In this document: positions 20,084 to 30,952 of the stretch, piece by piece
Position numbering within the stretch: position 1 is the stretch's first letter
Layout of the letters: every line of letters starts with the position of its first letter
Source: a bacterium
Lineage (GTDB): Bacteria; Hinthialibacterota; Hinthialibacteria; Hinthialibacterales; Hinthialibacteraceae
Assembly (NCBI GenBank): GCA_041946805.1
Contig: JBHGBC010000043.1
Coordinates: forward strand, 1-40,079
DNA: 40,079 nucleotides
Reading direction: 5' to 3'
Program-made: the position numbers and the translations under genes
Notes under the pieces: generated by a model
What the model saw: only the letters and a program-made list of their open reading frames with translations
The model's database searches: none
What the model was told of the DNA's origin: nothing

Positions 20084-23000
20084 ATGAGATGCGTAGGGTG
20101 GCGTATCGTTCGTAACCTCTTATATGGCGCGGTGTTATTGATACTTGGAGAGAACGCGGATACCGGCTGGTCGCGGCCGGACGGCCAACGGCCGGTCAAG
20201 TATTTCGTAGTCCTGGATCAACCCCCCGTGTGGATGGTCCAAAAAGACCTCAGCGGCGGGCAACCCATCACTTCCCCCGGATTCACGGCGCAACGGGCTT
20301 CCGTTTCGGGGTACGAACGGGAAGCGCGCGTCCAGCAGGACCGGCTGGCGGAGCGGATCTTGTCCGCCGATCCCGGGGCGGTCATCGGGGACCGCTTCAC
20401 CCGCTTGGTCAACGCGCTGACGGTGGAAGCGTCCCCGGACGCCTGGGACGCCATCCGTTCCCTGCCGGGCGTGGCCTATCTCGCCCCGGTGCGGCGGATG
20501 CGTCCCTTCCTGACCCGCAGCGGCGAATTGATGAAACTGCCCCAGGCCTGGAGCCGTCTGGGCGTGGAATCCAACGCGGGGGCGGGAGTGTTGATCGCCG
20601 TGGTCGACACGGGCATCGACGTGACTCATCCGGCCTTCTCGCCGGACGGCTTCACCTACCCGGAGGGATTCCCCAAGGGGGATCCCAATTTCACCAACGC
20701 GAAAGTGATCGTGGCGCGCGTGTTTCCCCCTTCGTCGCCGGGCCCGAAAGGCGACACTTCGCTGTTTCCCTGGTCGGGCCACGCCTCGAACGTCGCGTCC
20801 ATCGCGGCGGCCAACCGGAACGTGATGTCGCCCCTGGGAGTGTTGTCCGGCGCCGCCCCGGGCGCGTATCTGGGCAACTACAAAGTATTCACCTCCGATT
20901 ACACGGAGAACGATCAGGTGATCCGGGCGGTGGAGGCGGCGGTGGAGGATGGGGCGAAAGTCATCAACCTCAGCCTGGGCTCGTCCATCTTCGCGGATCC
21001 GCATCACGATCCCCAGGCGCTGGCGATCCGCAACGCGGTGGACCTGGGCGTCACGGTGGTGGTGGCCGCGGGCAATGACGGCGGCGCCTCGTTTTCGGTC
21101 GGTTCGCCCGCCCAGGTCGAAACGGCCATCACCGTGGGATCGATCACCAATTCCCACGTCTCCAACGGCAATCCCCTTCCCTACGGCGTGTTCGTCAATC
21201 TGGAAGCGGACGGCCGGGTGGAACTCGCGAAAATCCGCGCCACGGTTCTCCCCTACGGCGGGCCGTTCACCCAGCCGATCATCGGTTCGTTTCCCTTGCG
21301 TGAGATCAACGTGCTGGATCCCCCGCCGGACGGCTTTCCCCCCATCGCCTCGCCCTGCGGCTCCATCCCCGGAACGGACGAGGCCCCCGGGTGGATTTTC
21401 ATGAAAGACGGCACCTGCACCGTCGATGTCCAGATCAACAACGCGGAAGCGGCCGGGGCGAAGGGCGCGCTGTTTTATGACGAGGACGGGGACCTGCTGG
21501 ACCGCGAATTTCTTGCGTCCACCGCCATTCCCGCCGTGGTGATCGATTCGCAAGCCTTCAGCGGAAGCCCGGATCCCTACCAGGTGGCGGTCACCGTCCG
21601 GGCGGAAGGCGAAGAGATCGTGCGGAACGTGGGCGCGATCGTGGGCGGCGAGGGCAGCTTCCCCGCCGCCGCCCTATACGGAACCTTTTCGCTGCAGGAC
21701 GCCGACTTGCTGGACCGGGGGAACTACGGCGGGGCGAACGACGGCCTGGCCTGTTCGGAACTCACACCCAGCGAACCGGTGTTGAGTTGGGTGCTGGTGC
21801 GGCGCGGGACCTGTACGTTCGTGGAGAAGATCAATAATGTCCAGGCGGCCGGCGCCCAGGGCGTGTTGTTCATGGACAACCAGGAAGCGACCCTGGACAA
21901 GCCCCTGGTGACCGCCACCACCATTCCCAGTCTGATGGTGGATCGGGACACGGGACAGAAAATCAAGGACGCACTGCTGAAATACCGCGTGGTGACGCTC
22001 GAGGTGGAGGATCTCCCGAACGCGGTCCAGCGGGTCCTGACCGAACATCCCCGCCTCACTCTCCGGATCGAAGGCGGGACGATCGGCGACAATCAACTCA
22101 AGCCCAACGAGCTCTCGTCCTTCAGTTCGAAAGGCCCCAGCGTGGACTACACGCTCAAACCGGAGGTCCTGGCGGTGGGGGACGGCAGCTTCGCGGCCAC
22201 CCAGAACGACGAACCCGCCCAAAGCGACTTCCAGTCGGCCGGCTTTTACTGGCTGGCGGGAACCAGCATGGCCGCCCCGCGCGTGGCGGGACTGGCCGCC
22301 CTCTTGCAACAAGCGCATCCCGGCTGGCCCGCCTCGTGGATCAAGTCGGCCATCACCCTCAGCGGCCAACGGCCCATCACCAAGCGCTTCACCGCCGGCC
22401 AGGAAGCCACCCTCCTGGAACGGGGCGCGGGCGCGGTGGACGCGGAGGCCGCCGCCGCGGTGGATACCCTGGTGATCCCCGCGCTGGTGGGCTTCGGGGC
22501 CGTGATGGATCCGCGCCAGGATCCGGAATCCCAGTGGCTCCAGGTGGCGAATCCGCTGGACCGGCGCTGCGACTACGCGCTATCCGTCAATCCCGCCCTG
22601 GCCGCTCCGCCGGCGTGGCTGAGCGTCAGCGAGTTCGCGCTGGATCCGGGCGAAACCGTGGACATCGAAGCGCGCCTGACCGGCCTGTCCGCCCACGCGG
22701 ACGGCGACCTGGAGGGCGAACTGCTCCTCGACAACCGGACTACGGGGGCCACGTACCGCATTCCCTATTGGATCCGCGTCCAACGCCCGGCGGAGCCGGA
22801 GGGTGAAGTCCTCCTGGTGGACGATGACGGGGGAAAAACCTTCGACACGTACTACAAGGCGCGCCTGGACGAACTGGGGACCACCTATACGGCGTGGGAC
22901 GTGCAACGGTTGGATGTCTTCCCCACCCTGGACTTCCTCGCGAATTTCAAGACCATCATCTGGTTCTTGGCCGACTCGACGCTGAACTTCACCGAGGACG

Positions 23001-23842
23001 AAAACTCCCCCCAATACCGCGACCGCTTCAACCGCCGCCACCTCTTTCAAATGGACCTGATGCGCTACCTGGCGCGGGGCGGGACGCTGTTGCTGTCCGG
23101 CCAGGATTACTCCGACGACCAGGAAACCACAGCCTTCACCCAGGAAGTCTTGATGGTCTCGGCCACGGACCAGGAAAACAGCGTCAACACGGTCCAGGGC
23201 ATCCCCGGCAATCCCCTCTCCGGCGGCGTGGGCCCCTATACGCTGACGTTCCCCCCGGGATTCGAAAATTGGGTGGATTCGCTGACCCCCCTGGACCGGG
23301 AACGGGTGACGCCCGCCTTTCTGGGCAACGGCGACCGGAACAAAACCGTGGGCGTCATGATCGATACGTGCGCGTACCGGGCGGTGTTTCTGGCGTTCCC
23401 CCTCGAATTGCTGGACGCCAACGCCGGCCGGCTGATTCTGCGCGAATCCCTCGTGTGGCTGGGACAGCGGACCGCCAACGCCGCGCGCATCACGGGCCTC
23501 TCCCCGCAAACCGTGCATTTGTCCGAATGGGCCGGGCCCCTGGCCGTCGTGATTGACGGAGAGGGATTTGTCTATAAAAATGGGTATAGGGCCTATCTGG
23601 ATTTTCTCCCCCTCGGGGACATCCAGCGGGAAAGCTGCACCCAACTGGCCGGGACCCTGCCCCAGGGGATCCAACCCGGAACCTACACGCTGCGCATCGA
23701 GACCGGAGACGGCCAGCGCCTGATTCTGCCCAAAGCCTTCACGCTGGTCGATGATCAGGGCGCCGCGGTTCCGGATTGGATGCAACACGGTCCGGCGGAG
23801 GAACAATCCGGAGAGTCCAGCATTTCCAACTCCCATCGCTGA
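20084..23842 (+). CDS. Secreted S8 (Vpr-like) subtilisin serine protease with I9 propeptide, two PA domains and C-terminal extensions
   Basis: Triad motifs AVVDTGID, GHASNVASIAA and GTSMAAPRVAG, plus oxyanion AAGND. Two PA motifs (GTCTVDVQINNAEAAGAKG; RRGTCTFVEKINNVQAAGAQG), SSFSSKGP...LKPE, a VLLVDDD domain and an IPT-like tail. Confidence 0.92.
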   Translation: MRCVGWRIVRNLLYGAVLLILGENADTGWSRPDGQRPVKYFVVLDQPPVWMVQKDLSGGQPITSPGFTAQRASVSGYEREARVQQDRLAERILSADPGAVIGDRFTRLVNALTVEASPDAWDAIRSLPGVAYLAPVRRMRPFLTRSGELMKLPQAWSRLGVESNAGAGVLIAVVDTGIDVTHPAFSPDGFTYPEGFPKGDPNFTNAKVIVARVFPPSSPGPKGDTSLFPWSGHASNVASIAAANRNVMSPLGVLSGAAPGAYLGNYKVFTSDYTENDQVIRAVEAAVEDGAKVINLSLGSSIFADPHHDPQALAIRNAVDLGVTVVVAAGNDGGASFSVGSPAQVETAITVGSITNSHVSNGNPLPYGVFVNLEADGRVELAKIRATVLPYGGPFTQPIIGSFPLREINVLDPPPDGFPPIASPCGSIPGTDEAPGWIFMKDGTCTVDVQINNAEAAGAKGALFYDEDGDLLDREFLASTAIPAVVIDSQAFSGSPDPYQVAVTVRAEGEEIVRNVGAIVGGEGSFPAAALYGTFSLQDADLLDRGNYGGANDGLACSELTPSEPVLSWVLVRRGTCTFVEKINNVQAAGAQGVLFMDNQEATLDKPLVTATTIPSLMVDRDTGQKIKDALLKYRVVTLEVEDLPNAVQRVLTEHPRLTLRIEGGTIGDNQLKPNELSSFSSKGPSVDYTLKPEVLAVGDGSFAATQNDEPAQSDFQSAGFYWLAGTSMAAPRVAGLAALLQQAHPGWPASWIKSAITLSGQRPITKRFTAGQEATLLERGAGAVDAEAAAAVDTLVIPALVGFGAVMDPRQDPESQWLQVANPLDRRCDYALSVNPALAAPPAWLSVSEFALDPGETVDIEARLTGLSAHADGDLEGELLLDNRTTGATYRIPYWIRVQRPAEPEGEVLLVDDDGGKTFDTYYKARLDELGTTYTAWDVQRLDVFPTLDFLANFKTIIWFLADSTLNFTEDENSPQYRDRFNRRHLFQMDLMRYLARGGTLLLSGQDYSDDQETTAFTQEVLMVSATDQENSVNTVQGIPGNPLSGGVGPYTLTFPPGFENWVDSLTPLDRERVTPAFLGNGDRNKTVGVMIDTCAYRAVFLAFPLELLDANAGRLILRESLVWLGQRTANAARITGLSPQTVHLSEWAGPLAVVIDGEGFVYKNGYRAYLDFLPLGDIQRESCTQLAGTLPQGIQPGTYTLRIETGDGQRLILPKAFTLVDDQGAAVPDWMQHGPAEEQSGESSISNSHR

Positions 23843-23872
23843 CCGGCGATGCCAAGAAAGGTGGTAACACGG

Positions 23873-25430
<1,558 letters not shown>

Positions 25431-25444
<14 letters not shown>

Positions 25445-26759
25445 ACTCCGCTACGCCGTCATCGGGGGCGGGGCCGCCGGCTGCACACTCGCCTGGCACC
25501 TGACCCGGAACGGACAGCAAGTCCATCTCTACGAACGGGAAAAGGGCTTGGGAGGGCTGGCCTCCGGCATTCCCTTCGGCCGCACCCGCCTGGACCGCTT
25601 CTATCACCACATTTTCACCAGCGACACCCACGTGCAAGCCTTCGCCGCACGGCTGGGACTGGCCGGCAAGCTGCGCTGGTGCGAGTCATCGGTGGGGTTC
25701 GAGCACCAGGGGGCCTGCTACCCCTTCACCACCCCGCTCGACCTGCTCCGCTTCCGGCCGCTCTCGTTTCTCTCGCGGATGCGGGTCGGCTTGGCCGTGC
25801 TGAAAATGCGCCGGCGCGGCGGTTTCGCCGACCTGGAAGCGGTCACCGCCGAGGAGTGGATCATCCGCGAAATGGGCGAGCCGGCCTACCGCGTGCTATG
25901 GGAACCGCTGCTGCGCTCCAAGTTCGGCGACCGGTACCGGGACGTCTCGGCCGTGTGGTTCTGGGGAAAGGTGAAACTGCGGGGGGGCACCCGCTCCCAA
26001 TCCGGAGCAGGCGAACAGCTGGGTTACCTGAAAGACGGTTGGAGCCAGCTGTATGAACGCATGGGGGAAGAGATCGCCGCGCGGGGGGGAATCCTCCGTC
26101 TCCACGAACTCGTGCGCGAGATCCGGCCCGCGGAGGGCGGCGGTTTAACGGTCCTCACGCGGTCCGGCGGGGAAACCTTCGACCGGGTGCTGTTCACTCC
26201 CAGCGTCCCCACGTTCCTGCGGACCGTGCCATCGCTGCCCCGGGATTATCGGGAGATCCTCTCCCGGATTCCCTATCAGGCCAACATCACGCTGGTGGTG
26301 GGGCTCGAGAAGTCCCTCTCGCCGTACTATTGGCTGAACATCACCAGCCCGGAATCCCCTTTCGTGGCGGTGATCGAACACACCAACCTCTTCCGCGACC
26401 CGGATTACGGAAACCTGATTCCCGTCTACCTCTCGCGCTATCTCGGCACGGACCACCCCTTCTATTCCATGCGCGCCCCCGAACTGCGGGAGCGGTTTCT
26501 CTCGCACCTGGAACGGTTGTTTCCACATTTTCGCCGGGAATGGGTTCAGAGTTTCACGTATTCCAAGGCCGAATTCGCGCAGCCGGTTATCGGGCTCCAT
26601 TATTCGAAGAACAAGCCTTCCTTTGCGACCCCCATCGAAGGACTCTATCTCTGCACCATGGTTCAGATCTATCCGGAAGACCGGGGAATGAATTACAGCA
26701 TCAAGAGCGCCGAAGAATTGTTATGCGCCCTGGATGAGCTGGACCACCTGTCCGCCTGA
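25431..26759 (+). CDS. NAD(P)/FAD-dependent oxidoreductase (protoporphyrinogen oxidase/amine oxidase-like)
   Basis: VIGGGAAG...YERE..LGGLA, DRFYHHIF and QIYPEDRGMN. The start overlaps the end of cimA. Confidence 0.88.
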
Positions 26760-26780
26760 CGCGGCGGAACCGGCCGCCCG

Positions 26781-27155
26781 TCAGAAATCCTCCTCCTCAT
26801 CGGCGTCTTCATCCAGATCCTCGTCATAATCATCCTCTTCGAAATCCTCGTCCTCCTCCGCGTCGTCGAAATCGTCGTCGAAGTCGTCTTCCTCCTCGAA
26901 CAAATCCTCGTCTTCCTCCTCATCATCCAGCAGATCGCCGTCCCCGAATTCGTCTTCTTCGTCGTCATCGTACAAGACGCTGTCATCCCAATCCTTCTCG
27001 AGGACCGGTTGCGCGGCCGCCAGCCAGCCCGGGACGATCCGCCCCGACGCGTCCTGGAACAACACGATCACGCCCCGCTTCTCCGGCAGGCCGATCCAGC
27101 CGGCCACCCGCCGAAGGGTCCCTCGCAGTGGTTTACTTCGAAACATTTCTTCCAT
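26781..27155 (-). CDS. Small protein with extremely acidic C-terminal tail, function unknown
   Basis: SD AGGAG before ATG 27155. 47 of the last 62 residues are D/E, punctuated by F/Y/L. Confidence 0.7.
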   Translation of the reverse strand: MEEMFRSKPLRGTLRRVAGWIGLPEKRGVIVLFQDASGRIVPGWLAAAQPVLEKDWDDSVLYDDDEEDEFGDGDLLDDEEEDEDLFEEEDDFDDDFDDAEEDEDFEEDDYDEDLDEDADEEEDF

Positions 27156-27297
27156 GGCAGGACTCCTGAACGCTTCCGTCATTGAAAGGAACATCCCTTC
27201 GCCGATTCGTCGGACTCAATTAGGCTTTCAGCTTCGGTACATTACACGCAAGAGTCGGCAAGTCAATAGCTGGTTCGCATACTTTTTTCCGGCCCCG

Positions 27298-28284
27298 TCA
27301 GGCGTAATTCAGCGCCCAAAATACGGCCATCAGCCACCCCATTCCGTTGATCAAAAGCGGCTTGTCCGAGAGCAGCAGCTCGGTCGGATTGCCCCCCTCT
27401 TCCCTCCGGTAAATCAAGTACAAATACCGGAACAATCCGTAGATGACAAAGGGTATGGTGTACTTCATCCGCGGATTGTAGCCCAGCGACCCGTGGGGAT
27501 TTTGCGGCGGGAGGCCGCCGGGATGCTCCGGGGCGGGACTCTCCATGCCGGGAAAGGCCTTGCCCGCCAGCGTCTGCTCCTTCACGCTGGTGGTGTCGAT
27601 GCAATAGAGCGAATACGAGACGACGGTGGCGGCCGTGACGATGGCGATGATCTGGTCCAGCAACTGCGTGGAATATTCCTGCAGGATCTCCCGGTGGTTG
27701 CGGGCGTCGGCCTCGCCCAGCAGGATGATCTCATGCCGGCGTTTGCTGAAGGCCAGAAACAGCGACACGAACAACGCGCAGATGTACAGCCAATCGGAAA
27801 AGATGACGCCGATCACCACCGCCCCCGCGTAGGTGCGCAGCACAAAGCCCGCCGCGATCAACATGCCGTCGAGGATCACCGCCGATTTGGCCCCAAACGA
27901 ATAGGCCACGTGAATCAGCCAGTACGCGATCCCCACGCCCGCGAATTCCCACGATAGGAGCAACGAACCGGTCACCGCCACCGCCAGGAGCCCGGCGCCC
28001 GCCGCGAGCACGGTGGAAACCCCCAGCCGGCCCGCCGGCAGCGGGCGGTTCTTTTTCTGGGGATGCCGCCGGTCGCGCTCCAGGTCGGCGATGTCGTTGA
28101 TCATGTACACGCACGACGAGAACAAACAAAACAAGCCGAACGCCAGCAGGCTCCGTTCCAACGCCACGGGGTCCGTGGCCCGCTTGGCGAACAACAGCGG
28201 GGCGAACACGAAGGCGTTCTTGACCCATTGCCGGGGCCGGGATATTTCCCATAAGGCGCGCGCGGTGCCTGCCAGTGAAGCCAT
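27298..28284 (-). CDS. UbiA-family prenyltransferase, decaprenyl-phosphate phosphoribosyltransferase-like
   Basis: RPRQWVKNAFVFAPLLF, YMINDIADLERDRRHPQKKNRPLPAG, GFVLR, FLAFSKRRHE and IPFVIYGLFRYLY. SD AGGAG. Confidence 0.9.
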   Translation of the reverse strand: MASLAGTARALWEISRPRQWVKNAFVFAPLLFAKRATDPVALERSLLAFGLFCLFSSCVYMINDIADLERDRRHPQKKNRPLPAGRLGVSTVLAAGAGLLAVAVTGSLLLSWEFAGVGIAYWLIHVAYSFGAKSAVILDGMLIAAGFVLRTYAGAVVIGVIFSDWLYICALFVSLFLAFSKRRHEIILLGEADARNHREILQEYSTQLLDQIIAIVTAATVVSYSLYCIDTTSVKEQTLAGKAFPGMESPAPEHPGGLPPQNPHGSLGYNPRMKYTIPFVIYGLFRYLYLIYRREEGGNPTELLLSDKPLLINGMGWLMAVFWALNYA

Positions 28285-28323
28285 GAGTTTCTCCTGTTTC
28301 CCCTGTTGGGCCAAAGCTGCGTT

Positions 28324-28809
28324 TCACACGTCTTTCGGTATGTTATGCCACAGGATGTGGAGAAACTCGCCGCATCCCATTTTCGTCCAGAAACGGTATC
28401 CCCTCTCGTTGCGGGGTGAAACGTTGAGCTGGATCACCGTGATCCCCCGCCGGTGAAACCAACGGCGCGCGTGATTCCACATCTGCTCTCCGATGCCGCC
28501 GTGCTGCTCTTCCGGGGTCACCGCCATCTCCGCGATGAATCCGTACCGGGCCAGCGCGAAGACGGTCGGATTGGAAAGGATCATGCCGATCGTATACCCC
28601 AGTATCGTGGGCTCGCGCTCCGCCACGAAGATGGCGTAATCGTAATTGTCCATGATGGAATGGAGGTATTCCAGGTACGCTTCCTCCGAGTCGGCCGCCA
28701 ACTCGAAACGCGGATCGAACGTCAGATGGTAGGCCATCATCTCCTGCCATAACGTGGTGATGCGCGGCAGATCTTCCAGCTTGGCCCGGCGGACTATGAC
28801 CTCAGCCAT
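28324..28809 (-). CDS. GNAT family N-acetyltransferase
   Basis: VRRAKLEDL, MAVTPEEQHGGIG (motif A) and NERGYRFWTKMG. SD AAGGA before ATG 28809. Confidence 0.9.
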   Translation of the reverse strand: MAEVIVRRAKLEDLPRITTLWQEMMAYHLTFDPRFELAADSEEAYLEYLHSIMDNYDYAIFVAEREPTILGYTIGMILSNPTVFALARYGFIAEMAVTPEEQHGGIGEQMWNHARRWFHRRGITVIQLNVSPRNERGYRFWTKMGCGEFLHILWHNIPKDV

Positions 28810-28878
28810 GGGAGATTTCCTTTTCACGGTTCCTTCCGGGCGCGGAGGGCCGCGTGCCGGAGACGATCCCTTCCGCGG

Positions 28879-28909
28879 ATTATAATGAAAATCCATCGCG
28901 CGGTGTCAA
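28879..28909 (-). promoter_or_regulatory. Candidate sigma70 promoter for the GNAT-UbiA operon
   Basis: Minus strand TTGACA-19 nt-TATAAT: both hexamers are consensus but the spacer is long. Confidence 0.5.
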
Positions 28910-29031
28910 GGGTATGGCCTTGGCCTCGCCTTCCCCCCCTTTCGGACGCCAGCCATGGTCCTAGCCTTCGACTTACCGGTCACCAATCCCCTCTCCCGGG
29001 GTCGATCCTTCCCCCGAAGTCCTGCCAGAAT

Positions 29032-29058
29032 GCCGTCCCCGCGAAAACGGGGACCCAG
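29032..29058 (+). repeat. REP-like palindrome (GTC..CCCGCG-N-CGGG..CCA family)
   Basis: GCCGTCCCCGCGAAAACGGGGACCCAG. Related copies at 30616-30642 and, inverted, at 30810-30834. Confidence 0.6.
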
Positions 29059-29242
29059 GATTCGGTAGTGCGGGCGGCCCGCCAGACGGTCCGCCTCCCC
29101 CTCCCATTCTCCCCCCTGACACCTTTATCTCGCTCTACGCCTGTGGTATGTTGAACGGACGCTTTGTACGCGGCGCCGTGCAATCGGGGATGTTTTGCGC
29201 CGTCAATCGGATACCACCGTGGAAACACAAAGGAGTGAAACG

Positions 29243-30511
29243 ATGAGCGAAGGGAAACGCAACCAACAGACACGCAGGGAATTTGGCAAACGAACCGTGA
29301 TCGGCGCCACGGCGCTGGCCGGATTTGGCATCCTGAAAAGCGCGCACGCCGCCAACGCGCCGATGAAAATCGGCCTGATCGGCGCGGGCGGACGCGGCAC
29401 CGGCGCGGTGGAAGACGCGATCCAGGCCAACAGCAATATCCAGCTGGTGGCGGTCGGCGATTTCTGGCTGGAACGAGCCAAAGGCGCCGTCCAGAGATTC
29501 AAGGAGAACGAGAACCTGAAAAACAACATCCAGGTGCCTGACGACGCCATTTACGGCGGCCTGGACGCCTACACGAAAGTTCTCCAGCACGAAGTGGATT
29601 ACATCATCCTGGCCACCCCCCCCGGATTCCGCCCCCTCCATTTCGAAGCGGTGGTCGAGGCCAAGAAAAACTGCTTCTGCGAAAAGCCCGTCGCCACCGA
29701 CCCCGTGGGCACCCGCCGGTATATGGCCGCCGCCAAAAAGTCGGAAGAGCTGAAACTCAACGTAGTCACCGGCACGCAGCGCCGCCACCAGAAACCCTAC
29801 ATCGAAACCATCCAAAAGATCCATGACGGCGCGCTGGGCGAATTGCTCGCCGGCCGCGCCTACTGGGACGGCGGCCTGCCTCATGCCCGCGACCGCAAGG
29901 ACGGGATGAGCGATCTCGAGTATCAACTCTACAACTGGTACAACTTCTGCTGGATTTGCGGCGACAACATCGTCGAGCAGCACGTCCACAACCTCGACGT
30001 CATGAACTGGGTCTTCAACGCCCATCCCGTGGCCGTCGTGGCCTCGGGCGGCCGCGCCTGGAAACCCAAGATCGAAAAGTACGGCAACATCTGGGATCAT
30101 TTCGCCTGCGATTTCGAATATCCCAACGGCGTGCACGTGTCGAGCTACTGCCGCCATTGGAACGTCTCCTGGGGGCGCAACACCGTGTTCGAGTGGGTCA
30201 TCGGGACCAAGCGCGACGTCAACCAGGGCGTCAGCAACTGCGCCGACATGGGTTCGGGCGCCCAGAATCCCTACGTGCAGGAACACGCCGACCTGCAAGC
30301 CAGCATCCGCGGCGACGGCCCCTACCTCAACGAAGCCATGCAAGTGGCCGAAAGCTGCTTCACGGCCATCATGGGCCGCATGTCCGCCTACACCGGCAAG
30401 CGCATGGTCTGGGACGAGGCACTGAACATGGATCTCGATATTTTCCCCAAGAACCTCTCCTGGGACGCCAAGATCCCCGTCGATCCCATTCCCGTGCCGG
30501 GCGAAGCCTGA
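29243..30511 (+). CDS. Tat-exported Gfo/Idh/MocA family oxidoreductase
   Basis: Twin-Arg TRREFGK plus a hydrophobic region ending AHA. IGLIGAGGRG, LATPPGFRP.H, CEKPVA, GTQRRH and EQHVHNLD. SD AAGGAG. Confidence 0.93.
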   Translation: MSEGKRNQQTRREFGKRTVIGATALAGFGILKSAHAANAPMKIGLIGAGGRGTGAVEDAIQANSNIQLVAVGDFWLERAKGAVQRFKENENLKNNIQVPDDAIYGGLDAYTKVLQHEVDYIILATPPGFRPLHFEAVVEAKKNCFCEKPVATDPVGTRRYMAAAKKSEELKLNVVTGTQRRHQKPYIETIQKIHDGALGELLAGRAYWDGGLPHARDRKDGMSDLEYQLYNWYNFCWICGDNIVEQHVHNLDVMNWVFNAHPVAVVASGGRAWKPKIEKYGNIWDHFACDFEYPNGVHVSSYCRHWNVSWGRNTVFEWVIGTKRDVNQGVSNCADMGSGAQNPYVQEHADLQASIRGDGPYLNEAMQVAESCFTAIMGRMSAYTGKRMVWDEALNMDLDIFPKNLSWDAKIPVDPIPVPGEA

Positions 30512-30541
30512 TTCCCCGGTTTCATTGCTTTCTTCAAAATC

Positions 30542-30575
30542 AGCAGGGGCGCGAATTCCGCGCCCCTGCTTCTTT
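30542..30575 (+). terminator. Intrinsic terminator/REP-like hairpin after the Gfo/Idh/MocA gene
   Basis: Perfect 12-bp stem AGCAGGGGCGCG-AATTC-CGCGCCCCTGCT followed by TCTTT. Confidence 0.65.
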
Positions 30576-30615
30576 GGGTAATCCACTCTTCCGGATTCCG
30601 CCGTCTTCCCTGCGC

Positions 30616-30933
30616 GTCATCCCCGCGCGCACGGGCATCCAGCTATTTTTCCCTCTCCCTCTGGGAGAGGGCCCGGGTAAGGGAAAGCCTCGAGACACAA
30701 TATCAATATCAGGTTGGTATTTACTCCCTATTCATCGGTCGCCATTCGCCAAAACAAGCAGATGCGCGTTGCCACGTGGCCCCACGGAAAATGACTTTGG
30801 AACAATTCGGGATCCCCGCTTGCGCGGGGTTGACATCCTTGGTGGAGGCCGGGTGGGCTCCACGCGCCGCGTCGTCCTCTGTTCCCCAGAGGCGTTGGGC
30901 GCCCCGGCGGCCCGGCGGGAGCCTCGCCCTCCC
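30616..30933. repeat. Mosaic of several REP-like palindromes between convergent genes
   Basis: An inverted pair (30616-30642 and 30810-30834) encloses a BoxC-like CCCTCTCCCTCTGGGAGAGGG (30651-30671) and GCGCGTTGCCACGTG (30764-30778). CGGCGGGAGCCTCGCCCTCCC lies at about 30913-30933. Two of these recur at 36814-36894. Confidence 0.7.
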
Positions 30934-30952
30934 CAATATCCAGATTATCCGC

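Noticed and set aside
26781..26970. TCGTCN/TCCTCN periodic low-complexity DNA as a tandem repeat or array
   Set aside because: It is simply Asp/Glu codons of the acidic protein on the minus strand.
30542..30933. Palindrome cluster as a CRISPR array
   Set aside because: There are no identical direct repeats with regular spacers and no cas genes.
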